Assembly (NCBI RefSeq): GCF_025526975.1
Contig: NW_026515672.1
Location: 124,001-188,000, forward strand
Origin: Fimicolochytrium jonesii
Lineage: Eukaryota
DNA length: 64,000 nucleotides
Direction: 5' to 3'
Both the position numbers and the translations under genes were made by a program. Of the stretch, positions 58,023 through 64,000 are shown piece by piece. A model generated the notes under the pieces. It saw only the letters and a list, made by a program, of their open reading frames with translations, had not been told where the DNA came from and searched no databases. The number at the start of each line of letters is the position of its first letter. The first letter of the stretch is position 1.

Positions 58023-60317
58023 TCACCTCCCGCTCCCAACCCCATTCAAAGCCCCCCTACTCCCCCTCGCGCTCCCCGCCCCCCCACCGCCGATCTCCGG
58101 CAACTTATTATACCGCTGCTTCAACGGGATCCTCCCCCCCGTCACCGCGATCCGCGACGACGTGGACGATGAGGACGATGTGGTGCTTGTAGTGTAAGCG
58201 GAGTCTTTGAGCTTGAGTTTCAGGTCGAGGGCCTTATCCAGCAGCTGGATTTTCCGATCGAGGTGGAGGGTTGATGAGAGGGCGTGGAGGAGAAACGGGG
58301 GAGAGCAGAGGGAATGGAGAGAATAGAGAACGGTACCTGGAGTTTCTGGGCACGTAACGCCTCGTTCTCGTGCTGGAGTTTGGCGCACCGCTCTTCGGCG
58401 TGCCGGAGGGCGTCGTTGGATGCCTATGGGGTGGGGGGGGGGGGGGGGGGGGGAGTGGTGCGTAGATGTTGGTGATGTTGCTCGCCCTCGCAGGAAGGAC
58501 AACCCCCATTGCGAACGGCAGGTCCCTTTGCTACATCATCATTTTTCGTCCATCTATTTGTCCTCTGCCATCCTCTCGCACAGCCCCCCCTCTCACCATC
58601 CCTCCCCGTCCCCAAAACGAATCCGCAAACTTCCCAGAAAAACGTCCCTTACCAACTTCGCTTCCGCCTCCTCCAGCTTGTTCCTCAGATACCCCAACGT
58701 AGTCGTCAGATCCTGCACCTCCTTGAACAGCGCCCGTTTCTCCAGCGTCGCGGTCTCGTAGTCTTGCGTGAGTCGGGCGTTGGCGGCGGTTAGGTGGTCG
58801 ATCTGGGCGGCTTGCTGCGTTTGGAGGGTTAGGCGAGATTGGAGCTGCCGGGGGGAGGGAACATCAGTTTTTATTTTGTCATTTGCGGGCAGAAGCTATG
58901 GGAACTGGTTATGTATGCTTTTATGTATGGGGGAGACTGCACACACCTCTGCGTTTTCCCGATTGAGTGCGTCCAATCTGACTTCCAGCGCCCGTAAGAT
59001 ATCCAATGTGGGGTCGGTCCCGTCCGCTGATGTCGCGCCGCCGCGGGTGTACATCAGCGTATGCGGTTGCGTTCTTTCGTCGGGGTTTGTGGCTGAGAGG
59101 GCGTCCATGGAGGTTGAGGATGTGCTGGTTAGGAGGTCAGCGGAGGGGAGGGATCCGGTAAGATGCGGTGTCTGCTCATGGTGGTCGAAATTAGATGCGA
59201 GGTTGGGATTCTCGGGGCCGGTACTCGATTCTATCTGCTGTGATATCTCAATCGGCGGTGGGTCCAATAGCGCAGAAATGTCTGGGCAGCTCGGGGCGTA
59301 CTCCAAAGCCCGTTGTGATATGAGCTTCGGCGCATCTGCACCTTGTAAGGCCTCTGGAGCTCGGGCGTCTCCTCCATGTTCCAATGCCTCATAAGAGGTG
59401 TCCTCATATCCAGGTACGGGTGCACTCTCGGTCGCTTCTATTCCTGTCACATGAGGAATGGCTTCAACATCCTCAGAAGCCAGCGCCTCGATCCCGTTTG
59501 GGTGCACTGGCTCATCGATCTCCACCGCTTGCGCTCCATCTCCCGCCGCCGGCTGCTCCCCCGCCTCATTCACAGCTGATGGTTCAGCCAGGTCTGAAGA
59601 GCTCTGTGGTGCGTTTTGCGGTGCTTCGGCTTTGTTTGGCTCCAGCCCCTCTTTTGTGGCCTTTTCCTGAGATTCAGAAGGAGCCTCCCCTGCCCTATCC
59701 TCATCCCGGCTTTTCCCATCAACATTTACGTTCTCCGCATTTGCGGTTGCTCCCCCACTCTCCACTGTGGGCCTCTCCGCAGTTTCCGCCGCCGTTGCTT
59801 CCGCCTCTCCAGCATCAGAATAGACCCCGGTACCATCCTCCCCATCGTCATCATTTATCAGATCCGATGATGCCTGGTCCTCATCTCGATCCACGACATC
59901 CAGACCTGCAGACGACTCACTCGATCCTGCTTCCTGTAACGGGACCTCCCCGGAGACAATCGCCTGTGCATCTTCTGTATTCTCATTCGACCCCTCAACC
60001 GGAAATTCATCGTGCCTTGTCGGGAGACCAGCAGGATCTCGTTCCGCACCGGATCGCTGTTCCACCAGAGCGTCTGATTCCCGTGCATCGCCGCTATCCA
60101 GACCACCCGTCTCCCCACCCTCCTGGCTCTGATCATTCAGCACCGGCGGCTGCAAATGTCCTCCAGACCCATCTTCCTCAGCGCGGCCAGGCGTGTGAAG
60201 ACGACTCGAGTCTGCATCCGTCGGGTCGCCGTCCGCGTCTGCGCCTGCTTTGTCGTCGTTCGCGGCGTAGTCGTCGTCAAGCGGTTGCGACGGTGCTGCC
60301 GAATGGGTATCCGTCAT
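58023..60317 (-). CDS. Uncharacterised protein: long acidic disordered N-terminus plus C-terminal coiled coil
   Basis: Long Asp/Glu-rich ORF followed by spliced heptad-rich exons (ILRALEVRLDALNRENAE, LLDKALDLKLKLKD). Confidence 0.6.
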
Positions 60318-60838
60318 GTCTTTCTGTAACAATTCGGTTGCAGTCGGCTGGTGGTTTGGGGCGTGGGGTGGTAAGAGGGGTGTGCCCAAGCGACGGTCGG
60401 TATTTGTAGGTTTTTGGACGTTGCGGCGTGAACGGCCGTTTGAGGGTTTGAACCCTTGCTCCTACCTGTCGATTGTACGTAAGCGGGGTTTGAGTGACAT
60501 CAGCGACGCGTTTCCTGCGCGCGCGGAGGTCCTGCCAGAACCCGATCAAACTAGCAGACGGGCAGGCAGCACCGTACCCGTCTCGCGCTTTCCTTCGGAT
60601 CACAGGGAATGGCTCTCGATAATGGTCCCTGGCAACATGTTCTCATCGGAAGATGTCTCGATAGAAGTTACGCAAAGAGCAACAGGTTTCACCTCCTATA
60701 ATATGGTGATATAAGAAAGCGCTGCATAAAGAAGATCCACTACTCGCCCCTCTAAGAAGATTGCAAAAGTTCCTGCTAGTGCTGTCCAGTCCAAAGTCCC
60801 CCCAAAAACTACGACTACCTTCTGCTAGCCTTGCCCGC

Positions 60839-62848
60839 TCACTTCAGCTGGAAGCCTTGAAACTTCTTCCCACCCCACGGGTCCCCAACCCTATGACTTC
60901 CCCCAAATCCACGCTCCCTCACATTGCCAAACCACTCCCTCAACTCATATCGGTGCATGTAGCCCAGAACGGCGGCGGCGATTGCCGTGAAGATGAAGAT
61001 CACAATCACGGCGACGCCGCCTGAGGAAACTCCGCCGTGGCCGCCGTCGCTCGAGTCGCCAATCTTGGCGGTCGCGCAGTCGGGGAAACCAGTTGGTGAT
61101 GTGAAAGTACGGTCGTAGACGTAGGCGGCGCAGTCGTCGGCTGTCAGATGCACTGCGTTTCCTGGAGAGGGTAGAGACAGTGAGTTGATACATTGACTAT
61201 TCACTGCATTTCAGCAAGTCTGTGAACGTACCCTCCAGCGGAATATGGCGGAAGTATAGATTATCTTCGATAATTTTGTCCGGGGATTTGTATGTGCCTC
61301 CAAGGACCTGGATGAGGTTCCTCAGCACGACCTCCGGGATGGCCGGGGCATTGTAGCGCGTGTCTGGAAAAGAGACGAGAGGAGATCCATTGAATACCAC
61401 GTACGAAACAAAAGCCAGTTTGCGAACATGTAAATTCAGAACTCACAGCTCAGGCCTCCAGGTAGTCTCAAATTATCGGGCTTGAAGATTTGCGCTGTGG
61501 CGGTCCCTCTCCACCAAGGAAAATTCACTCCTTGACTTGCATCAAAGCCATAGAAGCCCATAATAGCTCCCCATTTCAGTTCTTGCTTGCCCGTATCGGT
61601 GTCATCAATGAACGTATTAGCGTTCGGGAATATGCTAAGTGTTGCATCCTTAGTACTACCGGCCGGTACCAACACGCGGGTCGCGCCAGCGTCCGTTATG
61701 AGTTCTGTTTCGTATTTCCCGTCCCCTGAGAAAGATGAAGCTGGCGTCTCGGCTTTGTCCGCAGCCACCCAGAGAACTGTTTTCTGAGTCTTCGCGGCGG
61801 ACTTTGCGTATGAGGCCATGCACTGATATGGCGCCAGAATCTGGTTCTCGAAAATAGATGTTGCCTTGCTTTCCAGATTGAAGAAAAGGGAGTAGAATTT
61901 GATCCACTCGGCGCGAGCCAAGGGGGTCTGTTCAGCCAGCATCGCTTCGGCGACAGACACTACCGGTACGCCGTCGGGGCCGGCGCTTCCAAACACCACA
62001 GAGGTGTTCGATGGGATCCCAGGTTCGCTATAGGGTATCGTCTGGCCCGCATTGACCTGACCGAGAAGACACGGCGACGAGACGTCGGGCACGTCGAATT
62101 GGATGTAAGCAATCTTGGATAGCTGTTCCAAGCGCTGCAAGAACCCCACAGCGTACACCTCCTTCAGGCCCAATGCGCTTTTGTCAATTGGAATTCCAAC
62201 ATCCGTAGGGACCGCTGTGGCCGAATTGCACAAATGCAGTTTATATGCCTTCTGCTTTCCATCGGGAAACGTAACGGTGGCTAATTTGTAGTTTTTGTTG
62301 TATGTGACCTGGAAGTTCTTTGCATGCTCTGTCAAGAGAAATCGGTTTAAGTTCCCGGCTTTGTGTCCATACATCTTCACGCTTCTGCCTTCGTTGGGTG
62401 CGCTCCCTCCTAATACTTCGGCACTGCGTCGTCATGGCCGTGGACGACTACCATATAACTTGGACGCCTCTCTACATGCGACTCGCGCGCGCCTTCCTAC
62501 AATTGACGACATCAAAGCCTTCCTACAATTGACGACCCTTCCCAACCAACCCTGCCACATCTCACAAGCAGCTGCCACATATTGCTCCTACAACTCCCAA
62601 TTCTTCTTGCGTCTCCGCCAGAGCCCAACAGACCCCAGCGTCTCCACCTGTTCCACTAGCAGTGAACGACACTCACTAATTTCAACTCGGTTTGCCGCAT
62701 CGGCGAAGTAATCCTTATTCGCATCAAACTTGTTCGGTGATTCAATTGGCCCACCGGTGCAAATCGGCGTTGTGGTTTGCGCATTCACGAAAGCCGAAAC
62801 GCTCGCAAGTGCCAACAGGCACAGAGACTTGAGATGGAGTCGTAACAT
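60839..62848 (-). CDS. CBA1: CBA1-like cobalamin/periplasmic-binding-fold protein with signal peptide and C-terminal TM anchor
   Basis: Signal peptide MLRLHLKSLCLLALASVSAFVNAQ; DYF, FQVTYNKNYK, SSPCL, EQTPLARAEWIKFYSLFFNLESKA..IF, YQC, PEVVLRNLI, YFRHI; TM GVAVIVIFIFTAIAAAVLGY; introns including 62329-62676. Confidence 0.7.
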
Positions 62849-63645
62849 GGTGACCGTATTGGTTGGCGACGGTTGTCTCCTGCGAGGATTGTCCATGCAC
62901 AGGTGCGGAAACGGAGGAACGGAAAAGACAAGCGCAAGAAGCGCAAAGCTCGCAAAGCGGGAGACGACTCGTCACGTGATTCAACAAGTCGCCTCCTCCC
63001 TCTCTTCCACCCTTCCACCACAGCTTCCACCACGCTCAGCACAACCATCTAACCGTCTGATGCCCACCGGCGCCACGGATGCTATCAGTTGGTGCTCAGA
63101 GCCTTAGGAAGAATACTCACTACAGGGTCGACTGACGCGCAAGTCCGTCTCTGAAGATGCTCTCGGGATTACCTACATGTGCTTTCCAGCTGGAGGCAGT
63201 CACCATGGCGATGCGCTAAGATTCGGTCGGAGCGTTGGCGATGAGGCATCGACGAGGGCGCTGAAGGGTTCAGGCCTGAACAAGAAGTGTGGAAGGAAAC
63301 CGTCCCCCACCCAGAGATATTGAAGGTGGGGACAACGTCTTCCTCCACGAAAACCTCGTACAGTTCTTTCGCTCTCCACACCAGTTGCAAAAGAACAAGT
63401 CATCCTTCAAAAAGGTCCACCTCGTCTCAAAACTCGCTCTCGACTTCTTGAGCGTGGTACGATATAAAGAAACAACAGCTGAATAGACCATGGCAATAGC
63501 TCACCTTTCTGACCTCACAAAGGCACGAAAAAAAGAGCACTTCGTGAATCCAAATGTGAGTGAAAGTCGGTTGCGTTATCTTTGCGTTTTCACACCTTGC
63601 TTGTATTGCTTCTAGCGTGAAACTGATCCGTCTAGGACTCGTCCA

Positions 63646-64000
63646 ATGGAGCAGATGCAAAAGCTCCGAATTAGTCTAGTATCGCTGGATTGGCTGAGAC
63701 CGAAGGATCCGCGGATTGCGCTTGGACATGCGTCGATCAAAGCTAAACTGACACAAAGCCAATTCGCCGAGCGCTTGGACGTCAAGGATCACTCCTTCAA
63801 CGTCAATCCAAGCCAATCGCTTCCGGCAGACTTGCTGAGCACGGCTGAAGAAGCAGCTGATGAGATCTTGGCGAGCAAGCCGGATCTTGTGGCATTTGGT
63901 GGATATGTTTGGAACGAATCTTATGTACAAAATATTCACAAGATCTTGGCGACTTCAAACCCGCGAAACACCTTCAACATACTAATGGGTCCGCAGACTT
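63646..64000 (+). CDS. B12-binding-domain protein, probably the N-terminus of a cobalamin-dependent radical SAM enzyme; runs off the window
   Basis: Open frame from ATG 63646: LRISLVSLDWLRPKDPRIALGHASIKA...EILASKPDLVAFGGYVWNESYVQNI...ILMGPQ. A possible in-frame upstream exon at 63490-63555 with intron 63556-63615. Absent from the ORF track because no stop codon falls inside the window. Confidence 0.7.
   Translation, partial: MEQMQKLRISLVSLDWLRPKDPRIALGHASIKAKLTQSQFAERLDVKDHSFNVNPSQSLPADLLSTAEEAADEILASKPDLVAFGGYVWNESYVQNIHKILATSNPRNTFNILMGPQT

Noticed and set aside
63200..63486. Short ORFs in the CBA1-radical SAM intergenic region
   Set aside because: No convincing start, splice pattern or motif; at most a decayed fragment.
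62849..63645. Cobalamin riboswitch between the two B12-related genes
   Set aside because: I could not find the B12-box or the conserved GGGAA / GCCACTG / AGYCAGRAGACC elements on either strand; an Infernal search would settle it.

Overview
Gene-dense, intron-rich eukaryotic DNA, most likely from a zoosporic (chytrid-type) fungus. The basis for that is the short GT-AG introns, fungal housekeeping genes (KEX1, SNF1, FAB1, VMA3, TIM8, HUL4, a Chs4/Skt5-like gene, RXT2) and genes more typical of flagellated lineages (WDR97-like, stand-alone AbcH-type ATPase, GBP-like GTPase). About 22 spliced protein genes and one intron-containing tRNA-Leu(TAA) are supported. Three things stand out. (1) At the right edge a CBA1-like cobalamin-binding membrane protein is transcribed divergently from a B12-binding-domain radical-SAM-type gene that the ORF track missed; this is a candidate fungal vitamin-B12 uptake plus B12-dependent radical enzyme module. 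(2) A ~5 kb island just upstream of the tRNA carries an intronless GIY-YIG-like nuclease ORF between ~200-bp direct repeats, with an internal tandem duplication and decayed paralogous fragments. (3) A modular GCGAAGC/GCGATAGC-rich repeat family sits in sense orientation inside long introns of three unrelated genes. All product calls come from motif recognition by eye, not database searches, and exon boundaries are manual estimates.
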